Program-made: the position numbers and the translations under genes
Notes under the pieces: model-generated
Told to the model about the DNA's origin: nothing
What the model saw: the letters and a program-made list of their open reading frames with translations, nothing else
The model's database searches: none
Shown here: positions 13,049-25,266 of the stretch, piece after piece
Numbering within the stretch: the first letter of the stretch is position 1
Layout: each line of letters begins with the position of its first letter
From: Thalia democratica
Lineage: Eukaryota
Direction: 5' to 3'
NCBI GenBank assembly: GCA_965202585.1
Contig: OZ241830.1
Coordinates: forward strand, 33,108,001-33,172,000
DNA: 64,000 nucleotides

Positions 13049-16000
13049 TGCTTTTAAATGTATAATATCTGGAAAATATTGGTAACTTGTTCTTTATTCT
13101 AAAAACCTACTTGAACTTCGAAGAAAAAAAATGTATAGCTGAAAAAACTAATAACCTAATAAAGTTCTTTATTAAAATAATTTACGTAAAACAAAAATAT
13201 AATAAATATAATAAAGATAATAATTTAAAGTTTCTATTTGTTTGATAAAACTTTTTTATACCAATATTTTTTTCAAACTACCTGAAGAAACCAAAACAGT
13301 TGTTACAAAGAATATGTCTTCTATACTAACCAAAGACTATAAATGTTTTTCAAAAAGTATACTAGCGTGTATTAATTTATTTTACTTGGTTAAACAAGAA
13401 ATAAACATTATACAAAAAGTCAGTAATTAAATGACAAATAAAAGCTTTATGTTTAATTCTTGACAACCCAAAATATTTGAGGTTACGAAAAAACTGACTA
13501 ATTTTTTTAAATTGAAAAAAAGATCAACAAACTTTAGCTAAAATTTTTGTATGTGAGATGATAGACAAAGTGACACGAAAGTTTATTGTCGCAAAAAAAA
13601 CTTCGTGAACTTTTTTCTGTCCAAAACAAGCAAAACTCTCTCTTTTTCAAGTAAAGTGCAAACATTCGATGCCTTATGCCTACGACGCTGCGTTGTTTTA
13701 TTTGCTCTTTTGTATGCCCAGATAATACACTTAATGTTTGAAACTCGTTCTCTACAGTTTTTTTTTTAAGCTAACTGGATGAAAGTTTTCATTGGTTGTA
13801 AAAATGTGCAAAAATTTGTAAAAAATGTTTTTTAATAATTTAAGTGCTATATGATAAAAGAAACACGGAACTAACAACTTATTACGAGAAGTATAAGTTG
13901 TGTCATAAATTTCTAATTGATAAAAGTTTTTCATACATTATTTAAATATTATAATTACTTCCAAGTTAAGCCTTTTTCAACTAAGTATTAATCTAAATAA
14001 TTTTTTTTGGGATGTTAGATTAAATATAAAGATATCTATCGATTTTTTGTTTGAAAATCAAATTGAAAACCGTTTTCTTGATTTCTTGCAATAATTTTGA
14101 AACATTAAATTGGCTGTTTTCTATTTGTATCGGTGAAGAATAAATAAATTGAATTAATGTAAATTAATATTAATTCAATTTATATTACAAATAAATGCAT
14201 AAAAAATCACTTTATAACAAATTTCTAAATAAACAAATGCATTAAGTCTAAAAATAACTTTCGTATAAAGAAACGTCTTGGAAAAAGTTTAAAAACTAAC
14301 CGGCATTCAAAACAAATTATAACTTTGTGCCGGGAAAAGTTGTTTTACACAAAAAGTTTGTGGGAGGTAAAATACCAACGCTGTGTTTATAAGAAAGTAC
14401 CTGCTGAGATAAATACTTTCTAACAATATATAAACTTTTATAAAATTACTTTCTCTCTAAGTTTAATATCTCTACAGTTAATATTTATTCGCTTCTTGTT
14501 TTAACGTATAAAATTGAAAATTAGTTTGCAAATAGTTTTTGTTGTTAAGTAACTAGTTTTATAAGTTATCTATAACCGTTTTTTTAATTTATTTGTCCAA
14601 TAGTATAAATTAAATAAACAACTTAAAAGTGATTAGAATAAAACAGCTTAAAACTTTTTAAAGCATAAGTTCATACTAATTTTCATAATGATTTTCATAC
14701 TAGTTTTCTCACCACTTAAACATGTTTACATACACAAGTAATATAACAAAAAGAAAAAATGATAAATGAATGTTTAAAAACAAAGCTGTTAAAAATTAAT
14801 TAAAGAATGATAACAAAATCATAATTTGAGTAAAAAAGTGACTTAGTGAAAGTAGTAATATTTTTTATAGACATGTAGATTTCTTAAATAGAATTTCTTT
14901 TGAAAAACAGTAACAGAAATTTATTAAACATCGTGACAGTTTTACTAATTACTGAAAAACTTTAAAAAAACTCTATAAAAAATAGTTACAAAAAATATTT
15001 TATTTTTCATTTATTGAGCACCCAAAAAAATTTTTCATTTCTTATAGAAAAGTTTTTGCATAAAAAGTTACTAGATTTATTGATTAACTTCGGCTTTATC
15101 TAATGTTCTATACATAAAAATGTATTTGATAATTTTTTTTTTGTTTTAGTAAATAAATGAAAGTTGTATTTTACTGCTCGCAAGTGACGGTTTTAGTCAA
15201 AAATTCTATTTTACATTTATAACTCCTTTAAACATTTTTCTAAAGTTAAAAAGTGTTTCAATTTTTTTCTTCTTATTTATAACTAGTACTTTAATATTTA
15301 GTATTTAATCAATATTCAAAAGAAAGTTGATAGTAATTTTTCAACAAACTTTTTTCTTTACCAAGTTGTCTAGAATAACGTTTTCAGTTATACCAATACA
15401 AACTGTATTTGTACTCTAAAAAGATACTTTTAGAACTGTCAACTGTTATTGATACATTTTTTATACTAACAAAAATATCTTTTGGTTAATGAGTTTTTTA
15501 TTTTTTGTTTTATACAACTTTATTTTTCTCTGAATAGCTATCTTTTTTTCGAATACAGTTAAAAGATTTATACTAAACTTAAGTAGTTATATTTCTATAT
15601 AAACAAAGTATATATAATTTTATAAGTCGTTTATCCTAATTTCTTTCATTTGCTTTTTTTCTAAGTAAACTACATGATATGTAACATAATGAAAGGCTAA
15701 TTAAATTTAATTTACGCTGTATTACATAGCGAAAACTTAATCACTTTTAGATGAGCTTTATTGAGACTAATTAGTCTTGTCCATAATATTTCATTAAATT
15801 GGTAAAAATTGATAAGAACTTAAGTAACAATACTGAAGCTTGTTTCATAGTCTTATGAAAACATTAAAAATGTGCATTGAATCTAAAAAATAAAGTTATA
15901 ATAGTGCTTAAAGACAAAACTTTTTACGCGTTATCTGTATATATTAAATAAAATGTGTCAGTTGAATTTATTACATTACAGTTTTATGTTTAGATAGTTT

Positions 16001-16901
16001 AATTTTACTTAGTTTAATTTACTACTTGTTTTTATTTTTTTATGATTTTTTATCGTTTTATGTATACTTTGTTTTAAAATTTCTTAATTTTTGTACAAAA
16101 TAGTTTTAAACCATCTTTTGTTACTAGATTCAAACATAAATGGAAACACTTATGTAATTTTAGTGCATCAAAACTTTTTAAATATAAAAACTTAGTTTAT
16201 AACTATATAAAAAAAATGTTTCAAAACTTACTTTTTAGATATTTTGTAATTGCTTACAGAGATAAAACGACAATTTTTTTCTAATTTTACTTATAAACTA
16301 TAAAACATTAAACTATTTTTAAAATTAGAGCAATTTGTTGTTTTTTATTATTAAAAATTTATTCAGGTTAACTAAACTGAAATGAAAAAGCAGACTAGTT
16401 TAGAAAAAAAGTTTGGAAATACTTTGAACTAAAACTTATTTAGAAAAATCTCAATTAGTGATGTTTTAAAAAACTTATTTAAAAACCAACTTAATATTAA
16501 AAGTATATTCGATGTTTTTAAACATAGCATTAGTATTTGTTGTTTTATCTTTCAAATATCATTCTAAAATATAGACAAGTACCAATGTTAAACTTGTGTT
16601 GTTTCTTTAAATTGATTTACATGGTTTACAAAAGTAGCTTTAATTCGCAGTTCGTTAAGTTTTAACTTATTAGAAAAAAGTTACTTAAGATTGATTTCTT
16701 AATACCAACACTTTTGAAAAAGCTATAATAGTTAAAAGTAAAAATAAAACTTTAATATTTTTGTTTTTCATAAGTCAATTTAAGTTTTTTAAGTTTTACT
16801 TTCAACAGTACATCAAAATAGTTATTACAATCTTTAATTTTCTAAAACATTTATAATGCATAACTTTTTCTGATAGAAAACATTCAACATAAAATAATTA
16901 G

Positions 16902-17861
16902 ATGAATAGTTCGTTGTCAAACTACACATTAAAGAGTTTTTATGATGGAAAAGAATATATACTAACTGAAGTGAGCTCTTTTCTCCTACTAGCGGATAAT
17001 TTATTACTCTTCACGTTTATTTACAAAATCTACTACCAGAAGAACATCAAGGTTTTCGGAAACAAGAAAACTGCCAGATCAGTTTTAGACATAATGTTCC
17101 TCACACTTTTTACGTTGCGGGCTACTCAAGGTATTTTATGCATTATAATGTCTCTGAACTACATGACACTTCCAAGCGGTGTAAAGTGTTCAGCTCAAAA
17201 CTTCGTTTTCACGTGGTTGCACACAGTCCTGAAGGCAATCTCCTGCTCGATAATATTTCAGTTTCACTACATTTGGATCAAGCAAAGAGCTTTGAGATTT
17301 TTACACTCTTTCATTCCTGTTCAGAAATATGTTAAGTTCATTTTCGTGTTTGTCGTTAGCTTTTGCGTGTTGATTCCGTTTAAAGCCAACATAGACATCG
17401 TTTTCATAGTTAAGCATGGCAAGTGTTTTGCAAAAAGACTGCAAAATCATCATACCTTGGTAATAATTTCACTTATTTGCGCCCTTTTAGTAATATTTAA
17501 CCTATTTTTAGTTCAGATATACTATATACACAGAACGAGAAAAGCGAAATATGAATACCGTTTAATGTGCTCAATCGGTACAAGTTATACTACACTTTCG
17601 GCCTCGGATGCGGATTTAATTTTTGGACTCATACGCAAACAAATAGTTTTGTTTTCAAAATTTTTGTCTGTGTTTTTTGTTCATTTGTTACTGCATTTTT
17701 TGTTTATAACGTCTTTAGGATATATCCGAAACTTTTCAGTTTTGCATTATATTGTTCGGCATCTTTATAGCTTTCTGTATTGTTTAGTTCTATGCATATA
17801 TCGGTTTATTGTTCCTAAACTGAGTTTAAAAGAAAAATACCTGCAACTACGTAAAAAATAG
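16902..17861 (+). CDS. Intronless divergent 7TM (GPCR-like) protein, paralog 1, 319 aa
   Basis: Long ORF in AT-rich DNA with seven hydrophobic segments. Cys at the top of TM3 (VKCS) and in ECL2 (GKCF). The FHYIWIKQR motif is shared with the ORFs at 46926 and 50015. Confidence 0.85.
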   Translation: MNSSLSNYTLKSFYDGKEYILTEVSSFLLLADNLLLFTFIYKIYYQKNIKVFGNKKTARSVLDIMFLTLFTLRATQGILCIIMSLNYMTLPSGVKCSAQNFVFTWLHTVLKAISCSIIFQFHYIWIKQRALRFLHSFIPVQKYVKFIFVFVVSFCVLIPFKANIDIVFIVKHGKCFAKRLQNHHTLVIISLICALLVIFNLFLVQIYYIHRTRKAKYEYRLMCSIGTSYTTLSASDADLIFGLIRKQIVLFSKFLSVFFVHLLLHFLFITSLGYIRNFSVLHYIVRHLYSFLYCLVLCIYRFIVPKLSLKEKYLQLRKK

Positions 17862-17863
17862 TT

Positions 17864-17988
17864 CATAATAACAAAACAAACACTAAAATAAACGACAAAA
17901 TTCAAACAAAATTAAATAAAATTGAAAAAAAAATCTATTTAATTTTATTTGAATTTTGTCCTTTATTTTAATTTTTGTTTTGTTTATG
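17864..17988. repeat. Foldback inverted repeat (~55-bp arms, ~17-nt loop) directly after the 7TM-1 stop codon
   Basis: Left arm cataataacaaaacaaacactaaaataaacgacaaaattcaaacaaaattaaata (17864-17918) matches the reverse complement of 17936-17988 with only a few mismatches and one small indel. Confidence 0.8.
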
Positions 17989-18269
17989 TTGCTTATCTTA
18001 GTTAAATTTAAATATTTGTTTATGAATTGTGAATGTCTAATTAACTTTTGCTTAATTATGCTAACTAGTGTAAATTGATTTTTCTGATGTAACCTATAAG
18101 TATTTATTTACTCAAAATTTGATCTTAAAATTAGTTGCTAACGAAAGTAGTTAAAAAGCGTTAGCCGAAATCGATTTTATTTGTAGTTTGCTTTAATAAA
18201 AAATGTTTTTAAACGAATCCTGTCTTAGATTTTTGTACAATATATGTAGTACTAAAATGTTTACACCTG

Positions 18270-18380
18270 TTAATGTACAAATTTAGCTTATTTAATCTTG
18301 TTCGACACTTGTATAGCTTTTTGTATTATTTAGTTCTATCCACATATCGGCTCATTGATACCAAACTGATTTTAAAAGAG
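18270..18380 (+). pseudogene. Relic of the TM7/C-terminal segment of a 7TM-1 paralog
   Basis: Translates MYKFSLFNLVRHLYSFLYYLVLSTYRLIDTKLILKE, versus 7TM-1 IRNFSVLHYIVRHLYSFLYCLVLCIYRFIVPKLSLKE. No upstream ORF is present. Confidence 0.75.
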
Positions 18381-19269
18381 TTAAACTTAGTTTTTGAATT
18401 TAAAAAACTATTTTAACACTTTAAGCAAATATATAAAACAGTTAGATTAAAGATTAATGGTAATAAATTAAATTTAAAACGTTTATTGTTTAAAACTATA
18501 CTTTTGAACTGTTTAGTTTTTAATCATTCAAATCTAGAGCATTTATTAAGGCTTTGGTTTATTGTTTAAAAAGTTATAAACAATGTTATATGTTTTATAA
18601 GATTATTAGTTGTTATTTTTATCAGAAATGTTATTCAAACAATGAACTTTTACGATAAAAACAATTAAAGTATTTCTAAACTCTTAATGGTAATAGTTTC
18701 TTATTGGATTTCCAAACTTTAACATTTAAGTGACCCTCTATTACTCACAAACATCAATACATAACATTATAATATGATTTGCTAAACTAAAAAAAACATG
18801 ACAGAAAAAAGACGAAACGAAGTTTTGTATTAGTGATATCACAAATATTAGTAATTAAAATAATTTATAAATTGAAATTGTATAGGAAAAAAAGTAGTAA
18901 AAAACTATTTAATTGAATATTTTACAAACTAAATAGTATAATATGAACTTAAAGGTTAGAAGTTTTTTTTTTAAGATTTAATGTTATGTGAGTTATGAAA
19001 AATAATAAGGAAAATGAGTTTAGTAAGCTGTACATTGTTAATGTTATTTTTAAAACTTTTCTACTTTTACAAACATGTTTGTAAACTTGATCTTTTAGCA
19101 AAACTAAACTGTTATTTTAAGTACTACAATTTTGTTTCTTAAGTGTACATATTTATTCAAACTTACAAATAATATGTTTATATAAAGTTTTATGAAAAAA
19201 CACATAAGTGAAAACTAAGCATTCATCAAAAAATAAACTTATTTTCAAACGTAATTATAACATCAATAA

Positions 19270-20412
19270 AGTCACTAATGCTCATATTAAAGGTATTTTT
19301 GTTAGCAAATGATATAGTGATTTCTACTGCTAGGCTCAAGTATAAACTAACAGTAAGTTTAGAAATTTAGCGTTATAGAACTTATGGTAAATAAAACCTT
19401 CAGAAAAAAAAATTACTGTTAATATTTTGATGGTTCACATCTAAAAATTATTTATATTTTATAACATAGTTGTTGTTTTCTATAGACCTCTGTATAAGTT
19501 ATTAAAAAAAAAGCATAACAAAAGCATCATGTACAAATTACAGCTTGTTTTGTAAAACATTTTCATAATAATAACAGCTTATGTTGTTAGTTTAAACAAA
19601 ATATTTTTGAAAACATTTGCTTCTCAAAACACGTCAGTGAAAAACTAAAATAAACTTTAAGTAAAAAATATATTGAGTATTTTGTTTTGGAACTAGTCAG
19701 AACTATTATATTTAAGCTGCATGAAATTGTTTATTACTAGATATTGTTTAATTTCGGTAGAAACTAATTTTTGAAATACCTGAAAAGCTTTAGAAGTTGA
19801 ATTTTATACTGTAATTTTAAGTGCCTACAATTTTATTTCTTAAATGTACTTTTTTAGTGAAACTAACATATAATATATTTTTTTAAAGTTTCATAAACAA
19901 ATGAACAGGTAAAAAACAAGCATTGATTGATGAATTTTTTTTAAACTTTATTTTTTCAGTAACATAATAATTAATACCTATATTAAAGATAGGTAGGTTT
20001 GTTTAGAATCGATATAGCGGTTTTGCTAAAAGGGGCAAGTAAAAATTAACAGTTAAGTTTGAGAATTTTACGTCATAGAATTTGTTGTATAACAAATTTC
20101 TTAAATTAAAAGGTTTAATATTTTGCTTGTTTACTTCGTAAGCTAATTTATCTTTTACAAGATTGATATTGATTTCTCCAGACCTTTGTATAAGTTATTT
20201 AACCAAAACAAAGTGATAACTAATATACCATCTGTTTTGTATAACATGTTCAAAATAATAACATATCTTGTTATGAATTTAAACAAAACATTTTTAAAAA
20301 CAAGTGTTTCTCAAAACACGTCAGTGAAAACTAAAATAAACTTTAAATAAATTAAAAATATTGTGTATTTTGTTTGAATACAGTATGATTTTTTATATTT
20401 AAGCTGCAAAAT
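19270..20412 (+). repeat. Diverged ~700-bp-period direct repeat, two copies (about 19270-19720 and 19970-20412), each with a short exon-intron-exon-like module
   Basis: Shared core tctcaaaacacgtcagtgaaaa(a)ctaaaataaacttt. Matching AG|short segment|GT (19306-19339 and 20007-20038) and acceptors (19485 and 20181) give 146 and 143 nt putative introns. Confidence 0.6.
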
Positions 20413-21687
20413 TTGAACAAGATTAAATGAAACAGAACTGTTTTTTAATTAATTTTTTACTTTTTTTTGAACAAATGATAAAACGTAATGTAAGGACAGT
20501 GTTACATAGTTTTGACTTAATCATTGAAAATAAATCAAGCTCTATTTACGTAGAGTTTCATACGATAACGTTAGTAAATATCATAAACTACTGTTTTTAT
20601 TACTACTAGTATTCTACTACATGTTGAAACCGTAACGAAAGTAGCTAATAAACTACTGTACGTGTTTAGTTTAATTATGTCCTAAACACTATTTTACTTC
20701 GTTTTTTAAAACTAGCATGTTTCACATAATCAACTAACAAACTAAAAATTAACTGAGTTTACATCTTTAAAAAGCTTCGGTTTTGAATGCATTTCATTTA
20801 AACAGGATAGTACAATACTAAAAATTACAAAAAAAAAACCGTGTATAAACTCGATTTATAAAAACAGTTTAAGTTGAAATTACAAAACATTATAACGTTA
20901 TTCACAAGTTAAGCAAAAATCATGCTAAACAAGTTTTTTAAAATTATCTTAAGTAATTAAAAACCGAATTGAAAAGTGTTATATATTCTATTAAAAATAG
21001 TTTGAAAAGGTATAAGATGATAAAGTAAGAAATTCTGCTTTAATTACGTTAGGTTTAAAAAATAACTTGATAAAAAAAACAACTCAAAAAGGTTTTAAAA
21101 GTGTAGTAAATTATAAAAGTATGAAAAATTAAGAAACGAAAATACAAAACTAGTATAAATTTTAAACAGATTTTATTATAGTTTTAAACAGTAATGTTTA
21201 GTATGCATATTTTTTTTTAATGACTGCTGAGTATATTAGTATTATTTCAACTAAAAAAAAATATATAATTATTAACAAAGTAACTTATTTTTCTATTTTA
21301 TAATAAACTTTATAAAAATATATACTATCGTAACAAGTATAAGTTTTATTCTAAATGAAATCCACATAGTAATCAATATTATATTATAAAAGTTTTTTTA
21401 CACCCTAAGTTCAACTGAAATCTTATTTTTGAGTATTTTTTTCTTTTCGTAAAATTATGTTCTGTTGTACATATTTAGAATTTATTACATAAAAGTAGGT
21501 ATAATGCAAATCGCAATTGTGTTAACTCTTCCATTGATATTTGTAAGGTTAATGATAAATGAACTTAAATAAATATAAGAATAACTTTAATAAGTAGCAA
21601 TTAGATTTTGAGACAACTAAAAAAAAGGCGTTAAGCTTATATTTTAAATTTTTTCAGTTTGTTTTTTTTTTGTCTTCTTAAACCACT

Positions 21688-22104
21688 ATGTACTGGAAAG
21701 TGTTTGTTGCTTTAGTCGTTTGCCTCTTCGGTGCATCTTCTGGACTACAATGTTACCAGTGTCAATACCCCGATTTGAATACTTCATCTGAAAATGTCTG
21801 CAAAGATCTGAAAGTTAAAACCTGCGTCTCGGTACAAAGTAAGACGTTTTGTGGCACGTTCACTTTTTCTGGTATAGAAGGTGGCTCATATACTGTAAAA
21901 CGATGTTTAAGGGCAGAATGGGACCTTTAGTGTAAAATAGGGAGTATAAGCAATGGGTTTAATCCAAAAGGAAGGGAAATAAATTTGCAGTGTTGCAAAG
22001 GAAACCTGTGTAACAACACAGCAAAACTATTAAATGGAAACAGTTTATTTAACATGTTTGTCCTATATAGTGTTTTAAATCTAGTTGACTGCATGTTTGA
22101 TTAG
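21688..22104 (+). pseudogene. Ly6/uPAR three-finger protein gene with one in-frame TAG (pseudogene, null allele or sequence error)
   Basis: Signal peptide MYWKVFVALVVCLFGASSG, then LQCYQC. After TAG (21928-21930) the same frame continues CKIG...LQCCKGNLCN plus a hydrophobic GPI-type tail to TAG 22102-22104, giving the 10-Cys LU pattern. Confidence 0.85.
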
Positions 22105-23563
22105 GTAACACATGCTTTACATGTGTTTATGAAGATTATGAAACAGGTATGTAGAAAAACTTTAATTTAAGTTACAAAAAGTATGCAGTTTTGTTTTGTA
22201 ACTTAAACAAATATCAAAAAAGTATATTAGCTCACTTTTTTATAAACAAAAAAAGTTTAGATTTTAAATTGTTTTTTATATACCAAAAAGTTTTTATTTT
22301 ATACCCTAAATGATCGGTAAAGTTAACTGAAAAAACTATAATTTTTAAATTATGTTGATGCTTGTTTACGTTTCGGATAATTAAAATAAAATAAAGTGTA
22401 GACTACGAATTGTTTTAGCGTAGACTGTTATAAATCTAAGTTAAGTTTCAACATTATTAACTTAAAATATTACCAACGACCGAGTTTTTAATATATTTAA
22501 TGCTACAAAGCATAGAGTTTAAAGATACTTTTAAATATATAAGTAGCTGTTCTAAACACGTATTAAAAAAGTTTTATTAAAAACAGAAACTTTAACTTAT
22601 ATAAACGTTTTATAATAACAATTAATTACCATTTAAATCTTATCTCTGTTGCAGAAATAAATAAAAAGTTAACATACTTTAGTTGTTTAATCAACATTTT
22701 TCTTAAGTTACAAAAAACGCTCTATATCAATTGAACACAAACATTGAACGTTAAAAATAGTTGTTTAGCTACACACCATTTGTTTAAATAAATATTTTTG
22801 GCAGTATATAAAAAAAAAATTATCATAAATTATAAATTATAGTTTACTATATACTTAATTGTATGTTTTTTGTCACTTAGTGTGTAAATTATGTTTAAAA
22901 AATATGAATAGACAGCTATTAATAAAATCGAAACTTTTTTTTCTTTGAAATTTCCAAAAATAACAAAAAATTAACTTATTTAGTTACAAAATAATCTACT
23001 TAATTCGAATTAACACTAAAGTTAATTAAATACAAATAAAAGTAAGATAGTGTAAAAGTGTAAGCAACAAATTAATTCCAGATTGTTTTCGTTTTGGTTT
23101 TTATTAGAAAAATGTTTAAAAATAGTTATGTTTAAACTACTGTTTATACAGAAATGTGTAAACAAATGCTTTTCAAAGCAAATTATTATAATAAAATCGG
23201 TTTAAAGATATTATTTTATTAAAAAAGTTAAATCTGTTTTTTGAAATTTTAAAGTGTTAACATTTATTGTTTTTGCACATCTTAAAAGTAATTTTTGTGA
23301 AAACTGGAGATATAAAACTTAAAACTATTAAAACTTAAACCACAATAATTAAAGTTCTTAAAAAACTTTCATTGGCCCCACCTTAAATAATATTTTCAAA
23401 AAAAAAAACGTACCAAAAGGTCAAACTAATAACATTATGACAGTAATATGACTTAAAGAAAAAGTTTATTAATAAAAAAATTTTCAGAAAAGCCAAAAAT
23501 GTTAATATTTTTTTAAGTTTAAATAACATGTTTTTTACTTTTCAAAAACCAAAAATATATGAA

Positions 23564-23591
23564 AAATTAGACGTACAAGTACGTCTAATTT
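23564..23591. repeat. Perfect 13-bp inverted repeat with 2-nt spacer
   Basis: aaattagacgtac-aa-gtacgtctaattt. Confidence 0.9.
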
Positions 23592-25266
23592 GTTAATATT
23601 TTCATTCTGAACACTAACAAAAATAACGAATAAAAAAAAATTATTTTAAAATCATTACAAATGAACTAAAGTAAATTGTTAGAATTTAAAATTTTGTAAA
23701 CTCTTTTAATAGTAATATACTACTCTATAATTTAAATTAAAATAAAATTTTTTTTTACTCTTTTATAATATAGTATTATTTAGTTTTTGTATATATTTTT
23801 CTATAGCTCTACTTTACCTTACTTTAATGCTTTAAAAACCTATTTTCATTTTAGTTAACTTTTGTTTTTGTAAATTAAGATAGTTTATTTAACCAAAAGA
23901 TCGTAAAATTATATTAAGTAATAAACAAACTAGTTATCAAATATATATTATTGCTAAAGTATTTTCAAAAGCTAGTTAAAATAATAGAACTAAATACAAA
24001 AATTTGCGAAAATAAAAGAATATTTCAAAACAAAGTTGATAAAAAATCAGTTTTTTGAAAACTAAATACCAGTATATAAGCACAATTTTATCTTGTTGGA
24101 GTAAAATGTTTTTATTTTAATTTTATTTTTGAAATAAACAAATTCTTAGTACAGCCTATAATTGTTTTTATATGATTGTAGATTTTGAACTAAACAGCAA
24201 GAATAATATAAACCAAACTAAAACATAACTGAGTATTTTAAATTAAAATACAAAAAAAAGTATCTAGTTTACGTGGGTATATAACTAAGTAATTTAAAAA
24301 AATTCTTGATTAAAAAACATTAATAAATACTTAGAAAAATCAAGAGATAAAAATAATAAAATTACAAGATATATCTAACAAGATTACATTAAAACATGCG
24401 CTAAAATTGTATAAAAGATTAAAATTTGTAGAATTATAAAAAAATTTATGTTTTAAACATTTAAAATGATTTCTTTTTATTGATTTGAAGTTGTTTCAAA
24501 ATTAGTTTATATTAAACGAATTCTTTTGTTTTAAAATCTTTTATTTAGTTAAACTTGTTGTATTAATAAACTGTGTTTAAATATAGAAATTTGTTCAATA
24601 AATTCAAAGTTTGTTTTAATGTTTTTCATTAAATGTATAACTATGTTACTATTCCTTATTATCACATGATATTATGTAAATACATTAACAAATAAAAATA
24701 CTTTTAGTAAAACAAGCACTATGTTACATTTTAACAAAAAACAAAAAATAGTAATTAAAAATACTTAATTGTAATTACATTTTATTGCAATAATAAAGAC
24801 AAGCAAATACTTTAAAGCTTTTGTGTTTAGTTCAATTAAAGAGGTTAATTTACAACTTAGGTTTTAAGCATCAAAGAAAAATTTTATTGCTTCAAAAGCA
24901 ATTAAAAGTACTACTAATTTTATTAAAAAATCTAAATTTCTAAGACTCAATAAAGTTTAACCATATAAATATAAAAGAAAATGATAAGAGCATATATATG
25001 TGTTTAGTTATTTTAGGAATATAGTAATTCACTAAACTAAATTAATTTGTTTTTTTATAATAGAAAAAAAGTGCTTTATGCTATTTTTTAAATCAAAAAA
25101 CTGATTGCTAATCCTAACATAGTAATAAAATGACCTTACGTTAGTACAAAATTTATTAAATAAATAAAATTTCAGTTCTAATTATGCAATCAAACCGATT
25201 TTAAATTTATTTAAGTGTGTATTTTTTTCGAGGTACAAAAATTTTTATAAAAAAGTGAAACAAAAA

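Noticed and set aside
21895-21930. 36-nt GT-AG intron that would remove the Ly6 stop in frame
   Set aside because: It would delete the conserved KRC cysteine of the LU domain, and all supported coding introns here are longer than 170 nt.
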